From assembly GCA_965248835.1 (NCBI GenBank), contig CBDFLJ010000002.1, positions 800,001-864,000 of the forward strand: DNA of 64,000 nt, in the 5' to 3' direction. The notes under the pieces were generated by a model. That model ran no database searches, was not told where the DNA came from, and saw only the letters and a program-made list of their open reading frames with translations. The position numbers were made by a program, and so were the translations under genes. Every line of letters starts with the position of its first letter. Position 1 is the stretch's first letter. Positions 11,290 to 20,778 of this stretch are shown one piece after another. The DNA is from Alphaproteobacteria bacterium (GTDB lineage: Bacteria; Pseudomonadota; Alphaproteobacteria; MPNO01).

Positions 11290-11820
11290 CGCCGTCGAAG
11301 CTCTGCGTGTCGCTCTTCTCGCTTGCCGCGTCCCCGCGGTCGCTGGAAGCGGCAAGCGCAGATCCGCGGCGGGCATCGGGACGGCTGATCCCGCGTACCG
11401 CGCCGGCCGGGCGCGATACGCCGATCGAGGCGGTCCGAGGTGAAGCCGGACCGGCTCGCCCTGGTCGATAGCAAGATGGGGCGGAGGCGCGTCCTGCTCG
11501 GTGAACCGGCAAGGACATTGCTCGACCGTCCGTCGGCGCCGGCCTCCGGCGGATGGGTGTTTCCCGGCGCACGCGCCGGCGAGCCGTTAGGCAAGAATGC
11601 GCTCTATCACTTCCGGATCAAGGCGCGTGACCACGCCGGTATCCTCGCCGATCCGCGGCTTCACGATCTGAGGCATTCTCGCGCCTTCCATGCGGTCATG
11701 CAGGGAGAAGGCCTGCACATGACAGGACGCCTGCTCGGGCACCGGCGCGGCACCACCAGTAACCGCTGCACCCATCTCGATGACGCCACGCCAAGCGCCG
11801 CCGAACGAATTGGAAATCCC
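11290..11820 (+). pseudogene. Tyrosine recombinase remnant 1
   Basis: DSKMG, WVFPG, RLHDLRHS, GRLLGHRR; catalytic Tyr replaced (NRCTH); frameshifted; boundaries approximate. Confidence 0.8.
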
Positions 11821-12017
11821 ATCGCGACTGCACCGGGCCAACCGATCGAGTTGTATGGTGAATTGCGGATCAACGCGTAAGCTTCCGTTTCTAAAGGTAC
11901 TCGCGAAATATCCGAGCACGTGTGATCAAAAACGGTCGTATTGGATAGCCGCCATAACTCCGTTCAGAACCACGTCTCGGAGTCCGGCGGTCGCTGCGAA
12001 TCCACCGCCATAAGCTG

Positions 12018-12413
12018 CTAGGCGTCGCCGAGGACCGCGATCCCCTGGATCTCTACCATCATGTCCGGGTGGGCCAATCCGGCGCAGGTAATCAGCGCGC
12101 TGCCCGGATAGTCGCCGCTCGGGAAGAACTCCTTCCGGATGTCGGTGAAGGTCTTGGAATGGCGGGCATCGAGGATGAACACCGTCATCGTGACCATGTC
12201 CTGCAGCGTCGCGCCGGCGCGCGCAAGCGTCGCCTCGAGCATACGGAACGACGCCCGTGTCTGGGCGGCGAAGTCGCCCGCAAGCGAGTCGCCGTTCTCG
12301 TCCACCCATGCGCCGTGACCTGCGGCCCAGACTGTCTGCCCGCCGGAAGTCTTGACGCAAGGTGAGAAGGAGTAGCCCGACTGCCAATCGCCCTTGAAGT
12401 ACTCGCGCGCCAT
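12018..12413 (-). CDS. RidA/YjgF family protein
   Basis: GDFAAQT, LARAGATLQDMV, MVEIQGIAV. Confidence 0.9.
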   Translation of the reverse strand: MAREYFKGDWQSGYSFSPCVKTSGGQTVWAAGHGAWVDENGDSLAGDFAAQTRASFRMLEATLARAGATLQDMVTMTVFILDARHSKTFTDIRKEFFPSGDYPGSALITCAGLAHPDMMVEIQGIAVLGDA

Positions 12414-12654
12414 TTCCGTTCTCCCGGCTCGGTTGTTTTAACGAGGTCGCTTTCAATATTGATTTTCCATGTGCAGCCCGCCGGCCCATCGAGCGTGACA
12501 CGGAGCGGTTCGAGCTGCAACCCATCGGCGTCTGCCGGCCGGCTGCGAGCGGATCCGATTGATCGAGGCCCATGATCCGGGCGCACCGATCCTGTCGGCG
12601 GCGGGGGAGCGAGCTGTCGAGAAGAACCGCGCGCCGGCTTGGACCTGGCCGTCG

Positions 12655-13020
12655 TCAGCAGCCGTCGTGTTCGCCCGCGCCGACATGGCGAGGCATATCC
12701 ATCGAATCATGCAGCAGGCGAAGCACGTCGATCGTGGGCGGATCCGCCGGATCGCCAACCCGGTACAACACCAGGTGCCGGGCTTTTCGTCCTCCGCGCG
12801 CCGCATGCAGAGTCATGAGTCCTTCCGCAATTCCATCGCGTTTCCGCGACCCGGCAACTTGAGGTCCTGCCGCCAGCGCTTCGATGGCGCGCGTCAGGGT
12901 CTGTGCATAGACGCGCGCCTGCGCTTCCCCGAACTGCTCCGACGTCCAGCGGAGAATGTTCCGGAAATCGTCTTCGGCCGCGGCTGCCAGACGGACCCGC
13001 CAACGGCCGCGGCCGGTCAT
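12655..13020 (-). CDS. parE: ParE/RelE family toxin
   Basis: AAEDDFRNILRWTSEQFGEAQARVY, RHLVLYR, LRLLHDSMD. Confidence 0.88.
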   Translation of the reverse strand: MTGRGRWRVRLAAAAEDDFRNILRWTSEQFGEAQARVYAQTLTRAIEALAAGPQVAGSRKRDGIAEGLMTLHAARGGRKARHLVLYRVGDPADPPTIDVLRLLHDSMDMPRHVGAGEHDGC

Positions 13021-13322
13021 TACCCGCTGTCGGGGTTCGACGAGGAATTGCCAAGCGCTTCGGCCGCCAGAGAGGAAAGATGATCCTGTAATGAATCCGC
13101 CGCATCAAACGCGCGGAAACGCCCTGCCGCGATGTCGGCAATGCCCGCTTCCGCGGCCTCGCGCATTATCTTGAGGCGGAATTCGTCCTCCATCTCCTGC
13201 CGCTCGACCAGCCTGAGACCCTCGCGCATCACTTCGCTGGCATTCTGGTAGCGGCCCGATGTCACCAACTTGGCGACCAGGGCGGCCTGATGATCGGTGA
13301 GGACGACGTTGCGCGTCGGCAT
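13020..13322 (-). CDS. parD: ParD family antitoxin
   Basis: MPTRNVVLT...SGRYQNASEVMREGLR; overlaps the toxin start. Confidence 0.9.
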   Translation of the reverse strand: MPTRNVVLTDHQAALVAKLVTSGRYQNASEVMREGLRLVERQEMEDEFRLKIMREAAEAGIADIAAGRFRAFDAADSLQDHLSSLAAEALGNSSSNPDSG

Positions 13323-13348
13323 GATCGAAGCTCCCTGGCAGGCGATCA

Positions 13349-13363
13349 TGGCATATTATGCCA
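13349..13363. promoter_or_regulatory. Palindromic operator upstream of parDE
   Basis: TGGCATA-T-TATGCCA perfect inverted repeat 26 bp before the parD start. Confidence 0.6.
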
Positions 13364-13519
13364 ATGATATGCCCCTTGCAAGCCGACGGACGCCGGGGTC
13401 GGGCGACGCCCGTCAAGGCTCCGGAAATGCGAGCCTGCCATGTTCCCACAAGGCGTGTCGCGGCCATTGTCCGGTGGCGACCGCGCGCAAAGGTCATCGC
13501 CGTTGCGCCCCGCCGCGAC

Positions 13520-13707
13520 AGCGCCACGTTCGCGGACGGGCCGGCCCTGCCGTTCAGCAGACGCGGCGGCGTGCCCCGCTCGCAATGCAGACGGGCCGCC
13601 GTCTCGGTGACGTTCCAGCCGACCTCTTCCATGCTCTCGTGGATCAGTTCGCCCAGATGCGGCGGGTTCGGCATGGCGCCGACACGTTCGCTGCTGCTCT
13701 CGTTCAT
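13520..13707 (-). pseudogene. higA: HigA antitoxin, degenerate and 3' truncated
   Basis: MPNPPHLGELIHESMEEVGWNVTETAARL...RLLNGRAG, then similarity is lost. Confidence 0.8.
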
Positions 13708-13721
13708 GGCTCGGCGCTCCC

Positions 13722-13965
13722 TTACGATCGGTGATCGTCGATCAGGTCCACATCCACGGCCGCGCCGTCCTCGAAGCGGAACACCACGCGTCCGTTGCCC
13801 GATACGCGCACGCCCCACCGGCCCGCCCGGTGTCCCTTCAGCGGATGCGGACGGAAGCCGGGTGCGTCCGCGCTACCCGGATGCGCCGGAGCCGCGCCTG
13901 CCGAGCGGGGCAGCCGGGCGGCGTCGCCGCCGAATCGCGCGCTGGCGCTGCGCGTCGCTCAAACA
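13722..13965 (-). pseudogene. higB: HigB toxin remnant (not in ORF track)
   Basis: Manual translation PGFRPHPLKGHRAGRWGVRVSGNGRVVFRFEDGAAVDVDLIDDH; 5' part scrambled. Confidence 0.8.
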
Positions 13966-13968
13966 TCA

Positions 13969-14170
13969 CGCCGCGAATTCCGGCTTCGGGTGATCAGCGC
14001 GGGTTCGGCCAGGCGGGGCAGGGGGCGCGTGCGCCTCGGCAGGCGCCGAAGCCGATGGTTGCGTGGCCGGCTCGCTCGGCCCTTGCACCGAAGGATATTT
14101 CGTCGCCGTCTTCGAGCCAGATCCGCTCCTCGCCGCCGATGGTGAGCGTGTCGCGCCCCTTCCGCTCGAT
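13969..14170 (-). repeat. Diverged copy of the fahA 3' end and downstream DNA (matches 18028-18229)
   Basis: Collinear 202-bp match at offset 4059. Confidence 0.95.
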
Positions 14171-14283
14171 GCCCCCCCGCAACGCGGCGAGCTCGGCGCC
14201 GCGCGCCGCTGCGACTTCGCAAGCAACCGCGTGGAGCGCGGCCGAGCGATCGCGATCTTCAATCAGGTCCTGTCTCCAGCGGA

Positions 14284-14733
14284 TCATCGCGGCGTATCGG
14301 TCCAGGGGTCGACGAATTCAACGCCCGTGTTGCGGAACTCGCTCACGTTCCGGGTGACGATCGTGAGATGGCGACAAGCCGCCGTCGCCGCGAGAAAAGC
14401 GTCCGGCAGGTGGTCGTCGAGCGGCTCGCCCCGTCGCCGCTTCTGTTCCATGATGCGGGCGCACGCACGGGCATCTGCCAGGGTCCAATCGACGATCCGG
14501 TCCTCGAACAGATCGTCGAGCAGGTCTTGAAACCGCCCCGTCAAGTCATCCCGGCGCCGTCCAGGATCGAGGCGGCCGATGCCGTCGAGAATTTCCCACA
14601 CGGTGACAGCGGCGACACCGATCCCCTCGGCGGCGATCGAATCGAGAAAAGCGGCAACAGGCGGATCCGGGTTGGGCCGCATCATCTCCGAGACGACGTT
14701 CGCATCAAGCAGCCAGGCGATTGGCGCGGTCAC
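14284..14733 (-). CDS. vapC: VapC/FitB PIN toxin
   Basis: LLDANVVSE, VTVWEI, PDAFLAATA, TRNVSEF; GTG overlaps the antitoxin stop. Confidence 0.9.
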   Translation of the reverse strand: MTAPIAWLLDANVVSEMMRPNPDPPVAAFLDSIAAEGIGVAAVTVWEILDGIGRLDPGRRRDDLTGRFQDLLDDLFEDRIVDWTLADARACARIMEQKRRRGEPLDDHLPDAFLAATAACRHLTIVTRNVSEFRNTGVEFVDPWTDTPR

Positions 14734-14987
14734 GTCTCGTTCTCGTCGACGAATTCGACGGGCCTGTAGCCGTAGCGCCCGAGCGGCGGCAGTTCGACAC
14801 CGTGCTCGGGTCCGAAATGCCGCTCGAAGGCCTCCGACGGCTTTGGCCGGCGCTCGGTCTTGACCCGCTTCTCGCGAATGAGGCGACGGACGAACTCTTC
14901 CATCGAAACGCCGACGTGACGCGCCTCGCGCTTGAGCCACGACTTGTCTGCGGGATCGATATCGCGGACGGTGATGGTCGAGCTCAT
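14730..14987 (-). CDS. FitA-like ribbon-helix-helix antitoxin
   Basis: TITVRDID...GVSMEEFVRRLI...HFGPEHGVELP. Confidence 0.88.
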   Translation of the reverse strand: MSSTITVRDIDPADKSWLKREARHVGVSMEEFVRRLIREKRVKTERRPKPSEAFERHFGPEHGVELPPLGRYGYRPVEFVDENET

Positions 14988-15037
14988 CGCGGCAGCCTCC
15001 TTGTCGGGCGGTGTGTCGATCGACCGGCCTGCCGCAA

Positions 15038-15057
15038 GCTAGCAAAACATGCTAGCA
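15038..15057. promoter_or_regulatory. Probable FitA-type operator
   Basis: GCTAGCA-aaaca-TGCTAGCA, similar to the TGCTATCA half-sites bound by Neisseria FitAB. Confidence 0.5.
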
Positions 15058-15085
15058 AATACAAGGTAAGGAAAACCGTTCATGT

Positions 15086-15260
15086 CGGCGCGGATGCCTT
15101 GGCCCGGGCGCGCCGCGGCTGGCGGCGTTTCGGCAAGGGCAATCATCCCGTGGGGTTGAGCTTCGGCGACGGCTTCGCCTATGCGCTCGCCGACACGATG
15201 GGCGTGCCGCTGCTGTTCAAGGGCGGGGACTTCGCCCGCACCGATATCGCGGCGGGATGA
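15086..15260 (+). pseudogene. Internally deleted copy of the vapBC pair at 25114-25768
   Basis: 15086-15108 matches vapB 25245-25267, joined to 15108-15260 matching vapC 25616-25768. Confidence 0.9.
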
Positions 15261-15633
15261 GCGGGCGCATGCGCCGGCAAGGCGCGGCTTTACGGACCTC
15301 CGGTGCCGTCACCTCCTGCTAAATAACCGGCTCGCCCGCCAGCACCTGTATGCGGGCCAAGCACGGGATAAGCACACCGGAGGGTCACTGTCTCAGTAGT
15401 CGCTTGGCCGATTGAGTTCGCCAACCAAAGTTTCGATCGGCAGTATTTTTGATCGGCGGTCGAGCGCGGTCTGCAGCCGCTTCAAGCTGACGTCAACGAA
15501 CTCCTCGAGAGTCTTCAACCACCTATCGGATCCGATCGTATCGTAGTCGTCGCGATCGTCACCACTCCGAAAGTTCATGGCGTCAAACTGGTATCGCAGG
15601 TCGACGGGCGCGACAGAGCACTTGTTCAGCGCC

Positions 15634-15951
15634 TCAGAGAAGCGTGCTTCGAGCGCGACGCCCCGGAATGCCGGGTCGGGTCGGCAGATGGCGGATTGCC
15701 GCGCCGGTTTCCCTATCGGCCCGGACCAGGTCGTACTGAGCCTGAAGGTTGAGCCAGAACAGGGGCTCGACGCTGAACCAATGGCCGAAGCGCAGCGCCG
15801 TGTCGCCGGTGACCGAACGCTTGCCGGCGATGATCTGGCTCACGCGGTTCGGGGGCACGGCGATCTGGCGCGCGAATTCCGTCGGGGTGATCCCCAACTC
15901 TTCCAGTTCGCCCTTCAAGGCCTCGCCGGGATGCACGGCTCTCATGAACAT
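15634..15951 (-). CDS. higA: HigA antitoxin
   Basis: VHPGE, NRVSQIIAGKRSVTGDTALR, FWLNLQAQYDL. Confidence 0.9.
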   Translation of the reverse strand: MFMRAVHPGEALKGELEELGITPTEFARQIAVPPNRVSQIIAGKRSVTGDTALRFGHWFSVEPLFWLNLQAQYDLVRADRETGAAIRHLPTRPGIPGRRARSTLL

Positions 15952-15966
15952 GTGGGTCTCCCCTCT

Positions 15967-16230
15967 TCATCCGTGGTCGTCCACAATCTCGACATTGTCC
16001 GGTCCCGCCTGCCCCTCCGGCCACTCGAAACACAGCCTCCATTGCCGATTGATGCGAATGGAGTACTGGCCCGCCCTGTCGCCCGTTAGCGCTTCGAGAC
16101 GGTTTCCCGGCAAGGACCGCAGGGTATCGAGCGAAGGCGCGGCGTTCAGGATCGCCAGCCGCCGCGCGGCCTGGCTCTCGAAGCCCCGGAACGGCCTGAC
16201 GGATCGTCCTTCCGCGAACGCTCGTGAATG
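15967..16230 (-). pseudogene. higB: HigB toxin with damaged 5' end
   Basis: LPGNRLEALTGDRAGQYSIRINRQWRLCFEW...VEIVDDH; no recognisable N-terminus. Confidence 0.8.
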
Positions 16231-16444
16231 CCGGGCATGACGATGTACGTCAAGGATACATTCTCTATGCCCTCCGTGTCCGTTTGAGCGCCTCGGCCGG
16301 TCAAATCTTGACCGGGCCGCACGCCCTGTCGGGTCTGTCCGTCGACACGGGCTGTGTCGAGCCGCCCGACGCCGTCGCGGCGGGTTTGCCGGCCAGCCGA
16401 CCGAAGACGCCACCCCGGACAGGCTTGCTTGGACCGGACAATGC

Positions 16445-16780
16445 GGGCCGTGCGATGACCGCTGCCACCTGCGCGGCGGCATCCCGCAAGGCGGCATCGT
16501 CGAGATGGGCATAGATCGCGGTGGTGGCGCGGCGCCGGTGTCCGAGCAGCCGCCCGACGGTGGCCAGCCCGACACCGTTCATCATGCCCTGAGCGGCGAA
16601 GCTGTGCCGCAGGTCATGAATACACATGCCGTTGAGGCCGGCTTCGGTCCGCAACCGTGCCCAGAGAGTATAGAGCCGCGATGACGTAAGGTCGCCGGGG
16701 AACACCCGGTCGTCCTCCTCGCGCCTGGGTAGCGACGCGAGGCAGCCCTCGACGGCCGCGCCGGCTTTCCAAGCTCGTCC
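16445..16780 (-). pseudogene. Tyrosine recombinase remnant 2
   Basis: IHDLRHSFA...GRLLGHRRRATTAIYAHL; N-terminal domains absent. Confidence 0.85.
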
Positions 16781-16830
16781 GCTTCGCTTAACCTGACGTT
16801 CACTCTGGGAAGCATTGGAGGATTCGGCCG

Positions 16831-17565
16831 ATGTCGTGGAGATGTGGTGTGAAGATTTTCGCGGGCGCGCTCGCGCTCTGCCTCGCGGTCCCGGTGGGGG
16901 CGCAGGCGGGGGAGCCGGGCAACGGCTGGTACGTCTCGGGTAATGTCGGCGCGGCATTTGCCGGGGCGTGGGATCACGAGTCCACGGTCGAGACGTTCGT
17001 TCGCCCACCGGACGAATACCGACGCTCGCTGGAGAAGGGTAAGCTCAAGACCGATAACGGTTTTGGGCTGAGCGCGGCTGTGGGCTACGGCCGGAAGAAC
17101 GTCCGGATCGAGGGCGAACTATCCTGGCTGCGGCTTGGCGTTGATTCGCTCGATTTCGACGGCACGGACGATTCGGATGAGGATACCGTCGACGAATGGG
17201 GTGGACGTGCGTCGATCCTCGGCCTGATGGCCAATGGTTACTACGATATCGATACGGGCACCAAGTGGGTTCCGTATATCGGCGGCGGCTTGGGGGCGGC
17301 GCGGTCGAATCTGAAGCTTAGCTTCACGTCGCGGGATCTGGCGACGGAGACCATGGAGACCGGCAGCGACAAAGATGCGGATTGGGTGCTGGCCTATCAA
17401 ATCGGCGCGGGCGTCGCCTACCCGGTGAGTGATTCCGTGATGGTGCAGCTTGGCTACCGGTTCTTCGGCACGAGCAAGGCGAAGTTCAAGTGGGAAGATG
17501 ACTTCATCACGAAGACCAAGTTGCAGTCCCACAAGATCGAGATCGGCGTTCGCTACCGGTTCTAG
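16831..17565 (+). CDS. Outer-membrane beta-barrel protein (opacity/OmpA-like surface antigen)
   Basis: Signal peptide, GWYVSG, RIEGELS, MANGYYD, PYIGGGLG, terminal GVRYRF. Confidence 0.9.
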   Translation: MSWRCGVKIFAGALALCLAVPVGAQAGEPGNGWYVSGNVGAAFAGAWDHESTVETFVRPPDEYRRSLEKGKLKTDNGFGLSAAVGYGRKNVRIEGELSWLRLGVDSLDFDGTDDSDEDTVDEWGGRASILGLMANGYYDIDTGTKWVPYIGGGLGAARSNLKLSFTSRDLATETMETGSDKDADWVLAYQIGAGVAYPVSDSVMVQLGYRFFGTSKAKFKWEDDFITKTKLQSHKIEIGVRYRF

Positions 17566-17744
17566 CCGCCGGCTTCGGACCCGTCTATAGGCCGGCGTCC
17601 CGTCTCGATTGCGGCGCCGGCCGCCTCAGCGCCCCGAGGGCTCCGGCAAAACGACGACGCTAGGTGACAACGGGGCGCCGGCTCATCACGAGCGCGGTTG
17701 AATTCAGCCCGGTGTCGCCGTTTTGTTCCATCGCGTGAGCGATG

Positions 17745-17915
17745 AGGTACCCGATTTTCCGCCGCCTCGACGAGGTGCACGTCTGCAATGTGCGCGTACC
17801 CCGCCGTGCAGCGGTGGCGCCGGTGTCCGAGCAGCTTGCCGACCAGGGGCAAATTTTCGCCCGACATCACGGCCTGGCTCGCATCGGTGCGGCGGAGGTC
17901 ATGCGGGTGCAGCCT
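17745..17915 (-). pseudogene. Tyrosine recombinase remnant 3
   Basis: PHDLRRTDASQAVMSGENLPLVGKLLGHRRHRCTAGYAHIAD. Confidence 0.8.
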
Positions 17916-18052
17916 GCCGCGCTTCACCTCGCGCAGCATCGCTTCCATGTAGGCCGGCGTTACCGCGCGTGCCGAGCGGGACAGCGGGTCGATCGTCCCG
18001 GCGGCGATGTCGCGCCGGCACCCGGATCGCCGCGAACTTCGGCTTCGGGTGA

Positions 18053-19360
18053 TCAGCGCGGGTCCGGCCAGGCGGGGCAGGGGGCGAGTGCGCCTTGGCA
18101 GGCGCCGAAGCCGATGGTTGCGTGGCCGGACCGCTCGGCCCTTGCAGCGAAGGATATTTCGTCGCCGTCTTCGAGCCAGATCCGCTCCTCGCCGCCGATG
18201 GTGAGCGTGTCGCGGCCTTTCCGGTTGATCTCCGCAAGACAGGCGCGCGCGTCCTCGGACGCGCCCGAGACGGTGCCGCTGCCCAACAGATCGCCGGGCC
18301 GGAGCGCGCAGCCGTTGCTCGCGTGATGGCAGAGCATCTGCGCCGGCGTCCAGTAGCTGTCGCGGAAATTCGTCTTCACCACGGCCTGCGCCGGGACGTT
18401 CCGGCGGCGCATCGCCGCGGTCGACCAGTCGGCGAACATCGCGATATCGAGACCGCCGCCCGCCTGATCCGCGGCGCCGGTCAGATGCTCCGGCGGCGCC
18501 TTTCCGGCGGCGCGTTCGCGGGCCGGCGCGGCGAACGGAGCGAGCGCCTCGGCGGTCACCACCCAGGGCGAGATCGAGGTCATCAGGCTCTTGCCGAGGA
18601 ACGGGCCGAGCGGCTGGGATTCGAAGAACTGGATGCCGCGCGCCGACCAGTCGTTCAACAGGCAGTAGCCGAACACGTGCGCGCGCGCCGCGCCGATCGC
18701 GATCGGTGCGCCGATCGGGTTTCCCGGCCCGACGAAGATGCCGAGCTCCAGTTCGAAATCCTGCGCCGGCTCCGGGCCGAAGACGACCGCGCCGTCTGGG
18801 CCGGTGAATTGACCGCGCGGGCGGATGACAGGCGTGCCGCTGACCCGGACCGTCGTTGCGCGGCTGTGATAGGCGATCGGCACATGATCGAACGCCGGCG
18901 GCGGTTCGCCGGTCGGCGACATGCGCAGCATGTGATCGTGCGAGGTCAGGAAGTCGGTGAAGCTGCCGATTTCCGCCGGCAGCGCCATCGCCGCGCCGGC
19001 CATCGCGACTAGGCAGGGCTCGGCGTCGGCGCGGGCGGGATGGCCTTCGCTCAGGATCGCGCACGCCGCCGCCCGAAGGGTGGACGCGGCCTCGTTGCCG
19101 AGCGCCATGATCGGGTTGAGCGCCGGGCCCATCGCGGCGCGCGCGGCGTCTTGCGCATCGCCGCGGAACAGGCCGGCGCCGACGGCGGCGGCGAGGTCGA
19201 GGATCCGGTCGCCGATCGCGATCCCGCCGCGCGCCCCGCCGCGCGCGTCCGCGAAGACGCCGAGCGGCAGGTTCTGGATCGGGAAATCGTTGCCCTTCCG
19301 GTTGGCCGATGCCACCCAGCTCTTGCGGCCGGGGTCGTGGGTATCGTTGAGCGTCACCAT
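18053..19360 (-). CDS. fahA: Fumarylacetoacetase
   Basis: DFPIQNLPLG, DFELELG, LLNDWSARGIQ, PLGPFLGKS, GDLLGSGTVSG. Confidence 0.93.
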   Translation of the reverse strand: MVTLNDTHDPGRKSWVASANRKGNDFPIQNLPLGVFADARGGARGGIAIGDRILDLAAAVGAGLFRGDAQDAARAAMGPALNPIMALGNEAASTLRAAACAILSEGHPARADAEPCLVAMAGAAMALPAEIGSFTDFLTSHDHMLRMSPTGEPPPAFDHVPIAYHSRATTVRVSGTPVIRPRGQFTGPDGAVVFGPEPAQDFELELGIFVGPGNPIGAPIAIGAARAHVFGYCLLNDWSARGIQFFESQPLGPFLGKSLMTSISPWVVTAEALAPFAAPARERAAGKAPPEHLTGAADQAGGGLDIAMFADWSTAAMRRRNVPAQAVVKTNFRDSYWTPAQMLCHHASNGCALRPGDLLGSGTVSGASEDARACLAEINRKGRDTLTIGGEERIWLEDGDEISFAARAERSGHATIGFGACQGALAPCPAWPDPR

Positions 19361-19370
19361 GATGCCTCCC

Positions 19371-20085
19371 TAAAGCCGGCCTTCGCGCCGGTCGAAGAAA
19401 TAGCGGCCGGCCGCGCCGATGACCTCGATCCGGTCGAATTCGCCGGTCTCGCCGGCGAATTCGCAATAGCATGAAAACACGTTCGTCACGATGCGCTCGC
19501 GGTCGATTCAATCGGCGAAAGCGCCGAGGTCGATGTCGCGGCCCGCCGCCTCCCAGCCCATGCCGGCATCGTAGCGCTTGCGGGACTCGGTCTCGACGAA
19601 CAGGAGATAGTCCTTGAGGCCGCGGATCCCCCGCTTGTCGGTTATCGGGCCGTGGCCGGGGACCACGATATCCACATCCCAGCCCAGCATCAGGTCGCAG
19701 GCGTCGATCCAGTTGCCGATCGGTCCGCTCCAGATCACCGGGTGGCCGCCGATGAACACGATGTCGCCCGCGAAGACGACCCTGTCGTCGGGCACATGAA
19801 CGACGACGTCGCCTTTGGTGTGGGCCGGGCCGACCTCGATGAAACGCACTTCCTTCGCGCCCACATGGATGGTCTGTTCGCCGGAGAAGGTCCGACTCGG
19901 CAGTGTCTGGATGAAGCCCTCGGCGGAGAACCTTGTCCACATGACCTCGTTGAAGAACCGGCCGGCGTCGCCGAAATTCCGCCAGTCGAAGCGGATATGC
20001 CCGCGCGGGTCCTTCGGCCCGTCGGCGAATTCCCGCATCTCCTGGAGGCACGCGTCGGACGAGACGATCACCGCGCCGTCTCCGG
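19371..20085 (-). pseudogene. MBL-fold hydrolase/cyclase, 5' deleted with internal stop
   Basis: GPAHTKGD, FAGDI, VVPGHG; TGA at 19508-19510 where Trp is expected, frame continues ERIVTNV. Confidence 0.8.
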
Positions 20086-20515
20086 GTCGGTGTAGGCGCC
20101 GAGGACGGCCATCGGTGTCGGCAGGCTGACCTGGAAGCGGACATGGTCCGGCAGATAGCCCGCTTTCTTCGCGTCCAGGAAATCGAGATAGGACGCCCGC
20201 GCCTCAGCCATCGAGGAATTCGGCGAACTTGGGAAAGCGTATGTCCTGCGGCGCCGCACCGTCGGCCAGCGTGAGCCGGGCGAAGCCGGTCTCGACCGGC
20301 GAAGTCCGGTCCTCGGCGAGCGCAAGGAAGGTGCAGCTGCGCAGCAGCGGGTATTGCCAGCTGATCCACAGCCGGCGTCCGCCCGGCTCGCCGTCGGGGA
20401 CGCGCTCGAGATACGGCCCCAACAACGCCCCCGCCGTCGCCAGCACCTCTTCCGCCGTGTCCAGCCCGACGCTGCCCACCAGGTGCACATGCGTCACATT
20501 CGGTTTGCCGGCCAT
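20086..20515 (-). pseudogene. N-terminal remnant of a MetE-like protein (homolog of 54207-55235)
   Basis: VHLVGSVGL, RVPDGEPGGRRLWISWQ, frameshift, VRFQVSLPTP. Confidence 0.85.
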
Positions 20516-20695
20516 GGCATTCGCTCCGTTCACTCACGCCGTCGCGCCGCAAGCGGCCATGGTTGTCAACGCCGGCGCGCGCTCGGCCCGCGCGCTCGGC
20601 CCTGCCCGGACCGGGACGCCGGCTTGACACGCACGCGCCGCCGCCGGAGATTGGCGGTGACGGAGCTCGATCGCGGTGGGCGCAGGTCCGCCGTC

Positions 20696-20753
20696 CGGCC
20701 TGTGTCCCGGCCTGTGTCCCGGCGGCGTCACGGCCTGTGTCCCGGTGGCGTCC
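20696..20753. repeat. Short direct repeats upstream of the Cys-rich gene
   Basis: CGGCCTGTGTCC at 20696, 20708 and 20731. Confidence 0.8.
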
Positions 20754-20778
20754 CGACACGGAACAGGAGGATCCGAGA

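Noticed and set aside
15393-15578. 61-aa ORF downstream of higA
   Set aside because: No recognisable motif and probably a gene tail; not enough support to call
19508-19510. Second selenocysteine codon in the MBL-fold gene
   Set aside because: Position corresponds to an expected Trp, no redox motif, and the gene is already 5'-deleted; nonsense mutation is simpler
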